Shown: positions 1 through 10,100 of the stretch, in pieces
Layout: each line of letters starts with the position of its first letter
Numbering within the stretch: the first letter of the stretch is position 1
Virus record (IMG/VR): IMGVR_UViG_3300031454_000249
Coordinates: 1 to 32,162 of that record
Strand: one strand, 5' to 3'
Length of the DNA stretch: 32,162 bases
Origin: a virus
Lineage: Duplodnaviria > Caudoviricetes
Program-made: the position numbers and the translations under genes
Notes under the pieces: generated by a model
Seen by the model: the letters and a program-made list of their open reading frames with translations, nothing else
Database searches by the model: none
Told to the model about the DNA's origin: nothing

Positions 1-312
1 TCAGGCACGGTTACCCCTTCCGGCATTGCGCAGCAGCAGCAGCCCTGTGGCAGCCGTAGAGGAACCGACCAGGGCGAGCAGCAGGCCGGCGTCCACCGGG
101 TTGCCGTACTGACCCACGTTGGTCACGATGACCGAGGCCGCCAGGGAGGCCAGGCCGGTGGCCAGCAGGCCGGCACCGACCCGCGCGCCCCTGGTCGGCC
201 GAACGGGTAGGCCACGCAGCATGGCGGCCAGCCACGGGGCGCACAGGCCGATCACGACTGCGGCTAAGCAGAACACGACGACACGTAGCACGTCGCCTAC
301 TAGGTCCATCAC
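1..312 (-). CDS. Membrane protein, about 3 hydrophobic segments (possible lysis-cassette/holin-like)
   Basis: Three hydrophobic stretches; GTGA overlap with upstream gene, AAGGAGG upstream; position after tail genes. Confidence 0.6.
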   Translation of the reverse strand: MMDLVGDVLRVVVFCLAAVVIGLCAPWLAAMLRGLPVRPTRGARVGAGLLATGLASLAASVIVTNVGQYGNPVDAGLLLALVGSSTAATGLLLLRNAGRGNRA

Positions 313-497
313 GGGGCATCCTCCTTGCGCTCGGCGGTCTTGCTGGACAGTGCCTTGGCGCCGACGGTGCTGGCGATCAAACTCATCCCGCCGCCGATCG
401 CGACCTCACGCCCCGGCACACTGCTACCGAAGATCACGAGCCCGACGCCCACGACGTAAGCGAGCTTCTCCAGGACGTCACGGGTGAGGCGTCCCAC
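309..497 (-). CDS. Small 2-TM membrane protein (holin-like candidate)
   Basis: GAGGAGG RBS before GTG; two hydrophobic segments and a charged C-terminal tail (KTAERKEDAP). Confidence 0.6.
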   Translation of the reverse strand: MGRLTRDVLEKLAYVVGVGLVIFGSSVPGREVAIGGGMSLIASTVGAKALSSKTAERKEDAP

Positions 498-548
498 CGG
501 GTACCTCCTCGTGGCGCCGGGCGAGCTCGGCCGAGTCGTCGGCGGCGA

Positions 549-695
549 TCAAGACGTGCCAGGTGTGCCAGGGTCGTCGGGGCGGGTGGCCCGTAACTCG
601 AGGAGTTCCTGCTCCAACTCGGCGATCCGAGTTGTTGCCCGATCCAACGCCTGCCCAGCCAGGTTGTGCAGGTAGAGCAGGCCGTCGATGTTCAT
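549..695 (-). CDS. 48-aa coiled-coil protein, not in ORF track (MNIDGLLYLHNLAGQALDRATTRIAELEQELLELRATRPDDPGTPGTS)
   Basis: ATGA overlap with stop of 692..2029; heptad pattern; read manually. Confidence 0.65.
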   Translation of the reverse strand: MNIDGLLYLHNLAGQALDRATTRIAELEQELLELRATRPDDPGTPGTS

Positions 696-2029
696 GCGGT
701 GATCCCAATGTTGGTCAGGGTGACGCGGATTGCGTCGACAGCCGTCTTCATCGACTGCGCCTCGGCCTGCACATAGGTCGCAGACGGCGCGGTCGGTGCC
801 GCGATGGCAGCGGCCTTAGCGACCGCGCTGTTGCCGTTGAGGCCGACGCCCGCACTGGTCACCTGCAACTTGAGCCCGATAGCGTGGTCGAAGATGTTGA
901 GGGCGCTCGTCGCCTTGCCGAGCACGAGAGTGGCGTTGCCACCGTTGACCAGGTCCGTCATCTCCAGGTAGGGGGATGCGCCCGCGTCAGGCCGAACCAA
1001 GAGGGTCCCAGTCGTCGACGACAGGACCCCTGCGACCTCAAGGCGGCCGGTGAAGCGGGAGGGGGCAGTACCTTCGGTGAGGAGGCAGAACTTGGCCTCC
1101 CCAACGGTCGGCGACTCGATGAACACGGTGACTGCGAGGTCGGCGCTTCCCGCGACCGCCCCGTCCTTGCGCTTCGGACCGAGGAAGCGGTGGGACACCA
1201 TAGTGCCGACCTGCGCGCCCGCAGCTGCACCGAAGAAGGCTGCCTCCGACGTCGCCCCGAAGACGTTGGGAAGGGTGGTGCCCGCTCCTGCGATGACAGC
1301 GACTTCGCTCAGACTGCCGACAAGGGAGGTGACACCGCTCATGGCGTCGGCAACGACGAAGTTGTTTCGGCCAAACACCTGACCGGGGCTGGGGCCGCCC
1401 ATTGTGCCGAAGTTCCCGCGGAAGGTGACGTTGTTTTGGATGCCGACGACATCGGCACCTGTTGTCCCGACCGCCGGGCCATCCACCACGGCCGCCGTGA
1501 TCACAGGGTTGCGGGCTGTGGCAGTCCCGGCGTGAGCGAACGTGCCCGACGTAGACGGATTGACCCTTGCCGGGTACGCGGCATTGGCGGTCGCCGCGCT
1601 GATCAGACCGAGGGCAACGGTGCGCGAGTCGATCGCCGCGTTCGTCGGCGCCACCGCCGTTGCCGCCGACGACGCCGCCGACGCCGCCGAGGCAGCAGCC
1701 GATGTCTGCGCTGCCGTTGCCGCGGTCTTGCTCGCCGTCACGTCGGCCAGCAGCGCGCCGATCTCGCTCGACGCGAGAGTCAGGCTGACCGAGCCGAGAG
1801 TCACGACGACCGGGCTGATCTGCGGGGCGAGGAAGGCCGGGAGCACCCCGAGCGCGCTGGTCGTGAGCGTCGTCGGCGCTCCGGTCAGGTCGCGGACGTC
1901 GGCCGCCGTGCCGCCCGGCCCGGTCAGGACCGTCGTTGCGGTTACATTCGCCACCAACTGCCCGGCGCTGTTCACTACCGGGACCGCCGGGAAGGCATAC
2001 AGGGTCGTGCCGTTGATCACTGTGGGCAC
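692..2029 (-). CDS. Tail fibre / receptor-binding minor tail protein
   Basis: Position at end of tail module; Ala/Ser-rich linker AATAAQTSAAASAASAASSAATA, beta-rich middle, C-terminal helix. Confidence 0.75.
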   Translation of the reverse strand: MPTVINGTTLYAFPAVPVVNSAGQLVANVTATTVLTGPGGTAADVRDLTGAPTTLTTSALGVLPAFLAPQISPVVVTLGSVSLTLASSEIGALLADVTASKTAATAAQTSAAASAASAASSAATAVAPTNAAIDSRTVALGLISAATANAAYPARVNPSTSGTFAHAGTATARNPVITAAVVDGPAVGTTGADVVGIQNNVTFRGNFGTMGGPSPGQVFGRNNFVVADAMSGVTSLVGSLSEVAVIAGAGTTLPNVFGATSEAAFFGAAAGAQVGTMVSHRFLGPKRKDGAVAGSADLAVTVFIESPTVGEAKFCLLTEGTAPSRFTGRLEVAGVLSSTTGTLLVRPDAGASPYLEMTDLVNGGNATLVLGKATSALNIFDHAIGLKLQVTSAGVGLNGNSAVAKAAAIAAPTAPSATYVQAEAQSMKTAVDAIRVTLTNIGITA

Positions 2030-2063
2030 GGGAGGGCCCCTCTCATCTGGGCGGGCGGGAAAG

Positions 2064-3017
2064 TCACAGCAGCACCGGGCCGAGCCACGTCGCGGCGACG
2101 AGCGAGCCGGTCAGCGCGACAGGTCCGGCACTCGCCGACAGGTACTGGCACGAGACGGCGAGCGACCCGCCCGGATGCACATACCGCTCGACGAAGGGAA
2201 CCGTCATCGACTCAGTGCCGATGAAGTCACGGCGGGCATCGGCGCTCAGGTTCGCCGTCCCCGCCATCACCCGCAGGTAGCCGACCGAGCTCGCCGAGGC
2301 GCGGACGCACGCCGCGGCGTTGATCGCGTACTCACCGGCCGGCGCTTCGACGGTCAGCTCTGCCAGGACCCCCCAGGTGCCGCTGGCGAACAGGGCTTCG
2401 GCCGTCCGGTTCGCCGAGAACCGCCGTTGCAACGGCTGCTCGGTGAGCCAGACCTCAGTCCCCGCCGTGCTCAGGACCAGCCGGTCACGCTGCGCCCCAC
2501 GGCACACGACCGTCCCGAGCGACGCCCCGGTCGGCAGCAGAGCGTCCGCCGCCATCGTCGTGACCTTGCGCGTGAAGTGCCGCAGGTCGATCACCGCCGT
2601 CGGCGTCGACTGGCCGGCGGTCAGCTGCACCAGCGCGATCGGCTGATCGTCCTGCACGCCCGGGCCGATCAGTCGACCAGCCGGGATCTGCTTGGTCGCC
2701 GTGCCTGTCACAGCCACGAACGTCGTGGTGCCGCCGACCGGCTGCCAGTTACGCCGGGCCACGATCAGGTCCCAGCGGATGCCCGACGTGATCGCCGCGT
2801 GCTGCACGTCAACGTTCGAGTCAGAGACGTCCCGGACCCCGTGGCCGTAGCCGATTCCCGGCGCGACCCGCGACGTCCGGTCCAGGCCGACCACCGCCGT
2901 GACCTTCCACGCCGCCCCGTCCGCGAGGCCGTACGGCGCCCCGAGGAAGGTGGACAGGCCACCCCACTTGACCTCGTCGACGACCTGCCCGTCGTAGCCG
3001 ATGCTCGTGATCGTCAC
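2064..3017 (-). CDS. Minor tail (baseplate) protein
   Basis: MTITSIGYDG...RWDLIVARRNW...DDQPIALV...IDLR pattern typical of actinophage minor tail proteins; GGAGG RBS. Confidence 0.8.
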   Translation of the reverse strand: MTITSIGYDGQVVDEVKWGGLSTFLGAPYGLADGAAWKVTAVVGLDRTSRVAPGIGYGHGVRDVSDSNVDVQHAAITSGIRWDLIVARRNWQPVGGTTTFVAVTGTATKQIPAGRLIGPGVQDDQPIALVQLTAGQSTPTAVIDLRHFTRKVTTMAADALLPTGASLGTVVCRGAQRDRLVLSTAGTEVWLTEQPLQRRFSANRTAEALFASGTWGVLAELTVEAPAGEYAINAAACVRASASSVGYLRVMAGTANLSADARRDFIGTESMTVPFVERYVHPGGSLAVSCQYLSASAGPVALTGSLVAATWLGPVLL

Positions 3018-3214
3018 GGCCTACCTCCAGATGTCAGGGCGCCCACGGTGTTCGCGCCAGCCGTGATGAGGTTCCGAGAGCCGTAGATGACCTCCACACA
3101 TCCGCCGGTCCACGGCGCTTCTTGCACGTCCCCTATCCAGCGCATCCACGACCAGTGGCGCGCGACCGTTGGCTTTATGTCGTCGGCTTTCTCACCCGTC
3201 ATGCGATCCCTCAT
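3014..3214 (-). CDS. Hypothetical 66-aa ORF between minor tail genes
   Basis: 4-nt overlaps at both ends, but uneven codon usage and no recognisable motif. Confidence 0.35.
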   Translation of the reverse strand: MRDRMTGEKADDIKPTVARHWSWMRWIGDVQEAPWTGGCVEVIYGSRNLITAGANTVGALTSGGRP

Positions 3215-4437
3215 CGTCCTGCTCGAAGATCACGGACACCGCGGGCGAGCGCGGTGAGAGAACGGGCCAGGGCGGTGTCCGGGTCGTCGGTCCGCTCCCC
3301 GATGACCGGAGTCACCTCGAGCCCGTCGCCGGTCGTCCAGGACAGCGTCGCCTCGCGGAGCACGTCCTCTACGACGACGCCCGGGCCGACCTCGACCCGG
3401 ACCCGGTCGCCGACGAGCACGCCGCCACCAGCGACGGTCCGGCCGTACCGGAACGTCTTCGTCTCGGACAGGGTCACGGCCAGCCCCGACTTCGGGGCGC
3501 CTTCGGTCAGCGCCTCCGCAAGCCGGTTCGCGTTGACGGTCGCGTCGCTTGAGTCCCGGCCGTCACGGAAGACCTCGATCACGTCCTCCCACTCGGCCTC
3601 ACGGGCCATGTCCGCGCTCGAAATGAAGTCCCGGGCCTCTGCCTCGCCCTGCGCCCCGAGTACCACCCGCGTGGCGGTCGGGCCGGCCTGGGACCACGAC
3701 CAGTCCTGCACCACGCCGGACGCTTCGGTCAAGGTCCGCGGGTAGACCCTCGGCACGTAGCAGTCGACGAGGAACCCGGCGCCGGACTGCTTCACCGTCA
3801 CGCCAAGCCCGGCGCCGTCGAGCGCGGGCAGGAGCCGGTCGATCAGCGGGTGCATCCGGTGCGACGTGCTGATCGTGCCGCCTCGCGCCTGGTCCGTCGC
3901 GACCGTCACCGGCAGACCCAGGCGGGTCACGGCGTTCGCTGTGACCAGACCCTTGACGACCGTCTCAGCAGGGCCGGTACGGACGTCGTAGGCCACCGTC
4001 TGCGCCGTCAACGCAGCACCCGGCACCGGCCAGCCGAGGACGCGCGTCAGGAGCCGCCAGTCGTCCTCGACGTCGACCTCGACGGTGCCCGAAAGGCCGG
4101 GGCCCTTGCCGCGCAGACGCCGGACCGGACCGGAGAGCAGGTGCTGGCCGTCGTAGGTGATGACGACCCGGGCGCCCGGTGCCACGAGGTCGGTCAGCCG
4201 GCGGTGATCGGAGGCGAGGGTCAGCGTCGCCGTGCCCAGCGCGTTGTGCCGGACGGTCACCCGCAGTGCCTGCGGATTCCCGACCCAGCCGCGCCGAGCG
4301 AACGCCTTGTCGTAGACGGTGATCTCAAACGCCGACGCAGACGGCGCCGACCAGGAAGGTAGAGCCGAGCTCGATCCGCCCCACGCGGAGTCCGGGTTCC
4401 ACGTGACATCAGGAGCCCAGAGCGTATCGGCGCTCAC
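3211..4437 (-). CDS. Minor tail / baseplate hub protein (ReqiPepy6 Gp37-like, Tal position)
   Basis: Size and position after Dit; motifs TGPAETVVK, GAQGEAEAR, IEVFRD, FRYG...VGDRV. Confidence 0.85.
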   Translation of the reverse strand: MSADTLWAPDVTWNPDSAWGGSSSALPSWSAPSASAFEITVYDKAFARRGWVGNPQALRVTVRHNALGTATLTLASDHRRLTDLVAPGARVVITYDGQHLLSGPVRRLRGKGPGLSGTVEVDVEDDWRLLTRVLGWPVPGAALTAQTVAYDVRTGPAETVVKGLVTANAVTRLGLPVTVATDQARGGTISTSHRMHPLIDRLLPALDGAGLGVTVKQSGAGFLVDCYVPRVYPRTLTEASGVVQDWSWSQAGPTATRVVLGAQGEAEARDFISSADMAREAEWEDVIEVFRDGRDSSDATVNANRLAEALTEGAPKSGLAVTLSETKTFRYGRTVAGGGVLVGDRVRVEVGPGVVVEDVLREATLSWTTGDGLEVTPVIGERTDDPDTALARSLTALARGVRDLRAGR

Positions 4438-4439
4438 CG

Positions 4440-5294
4440 TCAGGCCGGGACGCCGAGGATGCCACCAACACCCACGGCGCAGTCATCGATGTACATGCCA
4501 CGAGGTGAGCCGAGCTGCGCTGAGCTTGTCGCCGCGATCCCGTAGCGGACCATCGACCAGGGGCTGGTGAAGTCGGCCAACAGGTTCGCCTCGGTTGTGT
4601 CCAGGACCAGGGCACCGTTCACCCATGCCCGGTTGACCGCCTGGCCGGTTGTCCGATGCAGTTTGTGGAAGCACTCGATGTGGAACCACTGCTCTTCAAC
4701 GATCTGGGCATGAGGCACGAGAACGCCCATGCGGATTGGGGTCGCGCCGCCGGTCTGCTCCCGCGCCATGTAGATGCCCTGACCTGCCCCGGTGTCGAGG
4801 TGAATACCGAGGTGGTCCGTGCCGGACGGCTGCTTGACGTAGTAGTTGTCCAGCCGCATGAGCGCCGTGTACTTGTTGCTGGCTTTGTAGCCCGCGTCGA
4901 GCCGGAAGCCGCTTGAATAGCTGAACTCCGAACCTTCGCTGAGGTTCAGCGGTGCGACGTCCTGCAAACCACGCGCATAGGCGGCGTTGGCTGTCTGTGC
5001 TTCGTCGGTGCACCGGGCCGAGTACGCGCCCCGGCGCTTCTGCGCTGTCGACAGGGTGAACGTCCCGCCATTGCTGTTCGTGGAGGAGAATCCGTCCGGG
5101 CCAGTGAGCGACGCGCCGTCCATCGTGGCCCGGCGGAACAGCGTCCCGGCCGGTGTTGGCCCGACAGGAGTTGGAGGGGTCGCGCCACCGCCGCTCCCTC
5201 CGTAGAGGGTCTGCGACTCCAGGCCCCCGGTGACCTTCCTGTGACCCTTCCTGAGTGCCAAGGTTCCGTCCGCCAACTTCGAGTAGAGGGGCAT
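4440..5294 (-). CDS. Virion-associated beta-jelly-roll protein (polysaccharide lyase/ConA-like)
   Basis: G/P-rich linker, then EEQWFHIE...RAWVNGALVLD...YGI...MYIDD, a pattern of ConA-like/lyase folds; TGATG overlap with upstream gene. Confidence 0.6.
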   Translation of the reverse strand: MPLYSKLADGTLALRKGHRKVTGGLESQTLYGGSGGGATPPTPVGPTPAGTLFRRATMDGASLTGPDGFSSTNSNGGTFTLSTAQKRRGAYSARCTDEAQTANAAYARGLQDVAPLNLSEGSEFSYSSGFRLDAGYKASNKYTALMRLDNYYVKQPSGTDHLGIHLDTGAGQGIYMAREQTGGATPIRMGVLVPHAQIVEEQWFHIECFHKLHRTTGQAVNRAWVNGALVLDTTEANLLADFTSPWSMVRYGIAATSSAQLGSPRGMYIDDCAVGVGGILGVPA

Positions 5295-6202
5295 CAGCCC
5301 GCCGCCACAGACACGCGGCTGAGGTTGAAGGTCGCCGCTGCGGTCGCGCCGGTCACCAGGGCGAACAGCCTGAGGCCCCCAACGCCAGAGGCCGTCGTGA
5401 AGGTGTAGACCAGCTCGGCTGACTTGGCCCCAGGTAGGACGCTGGCGCTCTGAGCCGACAGACCGCCGGTGATGTAGGTGCTGCCCGCCGTGCCGTCCGC
5501 CTGGTCCTGACCGAGCCGGAACGTGCGCGCCACCGAGTCCCCGTTGTAGAACGTTGCTTTGATCGTGTACTGCGTCAGCGCGCTGACCGGGATGCTGAAC
5601 GCACCCATTTGCACCGACGCCTCACCCGCTGCGACAGCGGCCCACTGAATCGACCCGGCTGCGGTACTGCCGCCGGCGGTCCTCGCCGCGACGGTGCTCC
5701 GAGCGACCGACCCGGCGTTCGTCTTTGCGGCCCACCCGGCGACACCGGTCCCGTTTGTCTCGTCCCAGAGCTGGACGTAGATACCCGTCACCGGAGCGGT
5801 GCTGCCGCCCACGTCAGGCAGGAACACCCAGTCGCCCGTCGCGGCGTTCGTCGGGGTCGTCGCGGTCCGCCAGACCACCACGGGGATGCCCGGAGGCCGA
5901 GCCGCAGCGGGGTCCGTCACCGGGTTGCCCATCGAGCCGAGCGGATACAACGTCGACCCCGGCACCTTGTTATCCAAGGCGGACTGGAGCCCCGTCACGT
6001 TTGTGATCGAAACGCCAGTCACCGTCGCGACGATCTTGTTTCCTGTGTCGTCGTAGGCGAAGGAGACACCGGAGTGCGGCCCGGTAGCGAGCAGCAACGC
6101 GACCGCGTCCTGCGCAACCTCGACCTGCGCGGCCTCGAGCTGCGCGGCCCAGATCATCGCGTCACGCGGCTTCGTCCACATCGAAGGGGCCGGCTCAGCC
6201 AC
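5294..6202 (-). CDS. Tail appendage protein with tail-fibre repeat and C-terminal CBM-like domain
   Basis: AQDAVA...FAYDDTGNKI, ITNVTGLQSALDNK (phage tail repeat-like), C-terminal beta sandwich IPVSALTQYTIKA...YTFTT; GAGGAG RBS. Confidence 0.65.
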   Translation of the reverse strand: MAEPAPSMWTKPRDAMIWAAQLEAAQVEVAQDAVALLLATGPHSGVSFAYDDTGNKIVATVTGVSITNVTGLQSALDNKVPGSTLYPLGSMGNPVTDPAAARPPGIPVVVWRTATTPTNAATGDWVFLPDVGGSTAPVTGIYVQLWDETNGTGVAGWAAKTNAGSVARSTVAARTAGGSTAAGSIQWAAVAAGEASVQMGAFSIPVSALTQYTIKATFYNGDSVARTFRLGQDQADGTAGSTYITGGLSAQSASVLPGAKSAELVYTFTTASGVGGLRLFALVTGATAAATFNLSRVSVAAG

Positions 6203-6235
6203 GACGTCTCCTCACAGTCAGGGGGGCCATTCGGG

Positions 6236-7150
6236 TCACCACGCGCGGTGGTACAGCGGAGTCAGGGACGCCGAGACTGTGCCGGAGCCGACCATCGACA
6301 GCGACAGGGCCACCGACTCACCAGGCGGCACCGACGCGAAATCGGCCGCGCCGAGCTCGTGCGTCCGCTCCACCCCAGTCGACATGATCGCGGTCTGCTG
6401 CGACGGGTCCGTGTCGATCACCAGCACCTCGCCGGCCGCGAGGGTGAACGGGACCACGACCACCCGGCCGGCGACACCGACCTGCACGCTGGTGCACGGG
6501 CCGGTGATCGTCCAGACCGGCCAGCTTGGCTCGTCCCCCGGGTTGCCGATCGCCGCGTTCGCCAGCGTCGAACCCGACGCGATCGTGATGATGCCCGCGC
6601 CGCCGAAGAACTGCGGCGGCACCTCGGCCTTCCACGACCGGACGATCGGCGTGCCCTGCCAGAAGGGCTGCTCGGCGACGAGGTCGATGCCGTAACGCTC
6701 CCAGCCGAGCCGCGACGGGTCGGTCTTCGACACATGCCCACCGGTGCCGACGTATCGCAGGACCAACTGCCGCTGCTCCCCGTCCGGCTGCGTGACGGTC
6801 CAGACGCCGGTTCGACGCGGTTCAAGCGTGCGCCGGAAAGCACGGTGCAGAGCCAGCCACTCGGTGCTGTCAACCGCCGCGTACACCCCTACCGGCCAGA
6901 AGACCTCCCGCTCTTCGGCAACCGACCCTCGGTAGCGCGTACCCGCAACCGAAGGGCTGTTGGCGCTGTACCGCTTCCACGGCGGGTCGTCAAGGCCACG
7001 CACACCAGCCTTGAGACGAACGGGGCTGGACGGGTCGCCCGAGATCCGCCAGAGCGTGTCGTCCCATCCGGTCCAGGTCTGCATGACCCCCGGCCACGGA
7101 TCCGGAGGCGGACTCGGTGGGCTGTATGACGCGGCTAGGAGCACCGTCAT
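6236..7150 (-). CDS. Distal tail protein (Dit); true start ATG at 7150
   Basis: Directly after tape measure with ATGA overlap; NPGDEPSWPVWTITGP and terminal PLYHRAW motifs. Confidence 0.88.
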   Translation of the reverse strand: MTVLLAASYSPPSPPPDPWPGVMQTWTGWDDTLWRISGDPSSPVRLKAGVRGLDDPPWKRYSANSPSVAGTRYRGSVAEEREVFWPVGVYAAVDSTEWLALHRAFRRTLEPRRTGVWTVTQPDGEQRQLVLRYVGTGGHVSKTDPSRLGWERYGIDLVAEQPFWQGTPIVRSWKAEVPPQFFGGAGIITIASGSTLANAAIGNPGDEPSWPVWTITGPCTSVQVGVAGRVVVVPFTLAAGEVLVIDTDPSQQTAIMSTGVERTHELGAADFASVPPGESVALSLSMVGSGTVSASLTPLYHRAW

Positions 7151-10100
7151 GAGGTGCCAGCCACGGCCAGGGCGTCCCGCCACTTGGCGACTGTCCGCTC
7201 GGCCACTTGCTCGGCGTACTGCTGGGCCAGACCCGCGTCAGCGCTGACCGACACACTCACGCCCGCCCCGACGCCCTGCCGGTCCAGAACCGTGACGAGC
7301 CGGTCGAACGCTTCGGTCTGCTCAGGTGACAACACCCGCTCGGGCCGAGACGTGAATTTCGGCATCATCCCGGTCCCGTAGGCCACGCCCCCGCCGTCGA
7401 AAGCCCGCTCGAGGTGCCACGGCTCAGAACGGATCGGCGCCTTCAATCCGAACAGGTAGGACGTCGCGGTGCGGGCCCAGTTCGCCGGCCCGTAGTCGAT
7501 GGCCTGCGCCGGTGACTTCTCGTGGTTCGACGAGCCCGGGCGGGCCGCGAGGTTGCCCGTCCCGGCGCGGTACGCGGCGTACAGCTGCGCCTGGCGCTCC
7601 GAGGATCGAAAGCCCGACACGATCCGCAGGGCACCTCCGATCGAGGCGTTCCAGGAGTCGAAGCGGCGTAGGAGCTCGGCATCGACGTTGCCCCGGCCGG
7701 CGACCCCACTAGATGCGCTGGCCGCCGCAGCGGACGCGCGAGCCACTGCGGCACTGGCGGAGGTCTGCACGGCCGCGGCCGCAACACCCATCGCACCCCG
7801 CACCGCGCTGTCGAGCTCGGCGGCCTGCGACGACCCCCGGACCGTCACGGTCCGGCCGACGGCGCCACCGGCGGCGTAGGCACCGATCTCGCCGCGTAGC
7901 ACGGCCGCTCGGAGTGCATACATCGCCTGGTGGCCACCGAGCGTGGCGACCTCGGCTGCCGTCCAGACATGCTCGCCATTCGACAGGAGCGCCGGGACGC
8001 TGTCCGAAGTCTTTGTGCCGGGCCCATGCACCGCGCCGCCGACGGCGTACTCACCGATGTTGCCGAACTTGTCGACCCCCCAGCCGATGATGCCGTTGGC
8101 CTTGGCATTCGCGATGATGTTGATCGTCTTGTCGCTGAGGCCGTTGATGTCGACGCCGAGGCCCTGAACTTCCCTGCGCGCGGCGTCCAGCCCGGGAGTC
8201 TGGATCGCCGTAGCGATCTGGGCGGGCGTGGCGAGCAGCTGGTTCGCGTAGCGCTCGGCGGCCTCGCGATTCAGCCCGGACTGCACAGCGACGCCGATCA
8301 GCTTGGCGCGATTGGCCTCGAAGGTGTCGGTCGCGAGACGGGTTGCGCCGGCCAGGTCCCCGGCCTGAATCATCGCCGCCACGTCCGACTTGACCTTTTC
8401 GTTGAGTGCGCTGGCTGCACCCTCGATCGCGGAGCGGTTCGCACGACCGGCCGCGGTGTTGTTGTCCAGGCTGCTGCCGTTCTGCCTGACGGATTCGGTG
8501 ACGGCGTCCAGGGACGCCTTCCACCCGTCCTCGGCGCGAGCCGCCGACAGTGCGCCCTCGTTCAGCAGGGTGAACTTGTCGAGTGTGGTTTGCGTCGCGG
8601 CGTTGAGGTTGTCCGTTGCCGTCTTGGCCGCGTCCTCAGACTCCTTCAGGTTGTCGACCGAGGCTCCGGCACCGCTGGTGGCCGTCCCAAGGCCCACCAT
8701 CTTGTCGGCCGCGTCCTTGGCCCATCCCATGCCCGGTACGTTCGACAGCAGGCCGAACAGGTCCCCCATCTTGTCGACGACCCAGCGCACAGCGCCGGCC
8801 ACCGCGTCGAACGCGCCCTTGACGATGTTGCGGAACGTCTCGGAGTTCTTGTAGGCGTAGATGAGACCGCCGGTCAGTGCGGCGATCGCGACCACGACCA
8901 AGCCGATCGGGTTGGCGGTGAGAGCCGCGTTCAGCAGCCACTGGCCGGCCGCCATCGCCTTGGTGGCCACGTTCGCCGCAACCGATGCCACTGTGCCCGC
9001 GATCGTTGCGATCGTGCCCCGGGCGGTAGCCACCTGATTGGCGTTCTGCATCGCTGTCTGCTGTGTGATCGCCGTAGCGAGCGCACGGTTCGCGCTGGCC
9101 GCGGCGAGGTTGCCGACGACCGTCGCGGCCTGGATCGGGAGGGAGGCCAGGGCGACAACGTTGCCCGCGGCCTGCGCCGTCTTGTACGCGACGAAGGCGG
9201 CCAGCAGGAGCGGCATGACCGCGATGATCGTGTCGATGTTGTCCGCCATGAATCCGAACACTCGGCCGGTCACGGTGACGACCGGCTCTAGTCCCCTCAC
9301 GGACTCACCCGCCGCGACGATCTGCGGCCACAGGTTCTGGGCCGCAGTCGCCCCCTTGTCCAGGGCCGCTGCGAAGTCGATGCTCTCGCCGCGCGAGGCG
9401 AATGCTTCGCTGACCGCGGCCTTGACCTGCCCGAGACCCTCGCGGATCCGGAACAGCACGTCGACGGCCTGGCTGTCCTCGGACAGCGGGCCGCCGGTGA
9501 AGTCGCCACGGAACAGGACGTCGTAGGCCTGCTTCGCGATCCCGGCCGTCTGCAGCATGCCGTCGCGGAGTCGGAACAGCCGGTCGACTGTCGCACTGTC
9601 CTCGGACAGCGGGCCGCCGGTGAAGTCGCCACGGAACAGGACGTCGAATGCCTGCTTGCCGGCGCCGGCCACGAACGCCAGGCCCGCCTCGACCTTGGGC
9701 AGAGCCCCCTCGGACATCTGCAGCAGACCACCGACGACCGCGTTGGACGCCGGTAGCAGGGCGGTGGCGAAGGCGTCCTTGAGCTCCAACGCCCGGGCCC
9801 GCAGCTGCGCCTGCTTGCGGATGGGATCGTCGGCGCCGGCGGCGTAGGCGGCCTGGGCGTCGGTGCTCTTGGCCAGAATCAGCCCCTGGATCGCGAGGGC
9901 CTCGGCCTGCTGCAACGCAGCACCGGTCAGTTTGTCCTGCCCCTTGGCTGCCAGGGCCGCCTTGACCTCAGCCGCCGACAGGCTGATCCCGAGCGACTTC
10001 AGGCCGTCGGTCTCACCCAGCATCGCCTTCGCCAGGATGTCGGCGACGTCCGAGGCGGACTTCTGCCCGCCGGACCACTCCGACAGCGCCCCGGACAGCC

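Noticed and set aside
498-548. Imperfect hairpin around CTCGGCCGAG as a terminator
   Set aside because: Short GC palindromes are expected by chance at this composition, and there is no U-tract
1-700. Complete lysis cassette
   Set aside because: Only small membrane and coiled-coil proteins are visible, with no endolysin motif; holin calls stay tentative
563-9291. Long plus-strand ORFs (563..2224, 1542..3086, 5609..7129, 7930..9291 and others)
   Set aside because: Antisense shadows of well-supported minus-strand genes in high-GC DNA; Arg/Gly-rich and without motifs
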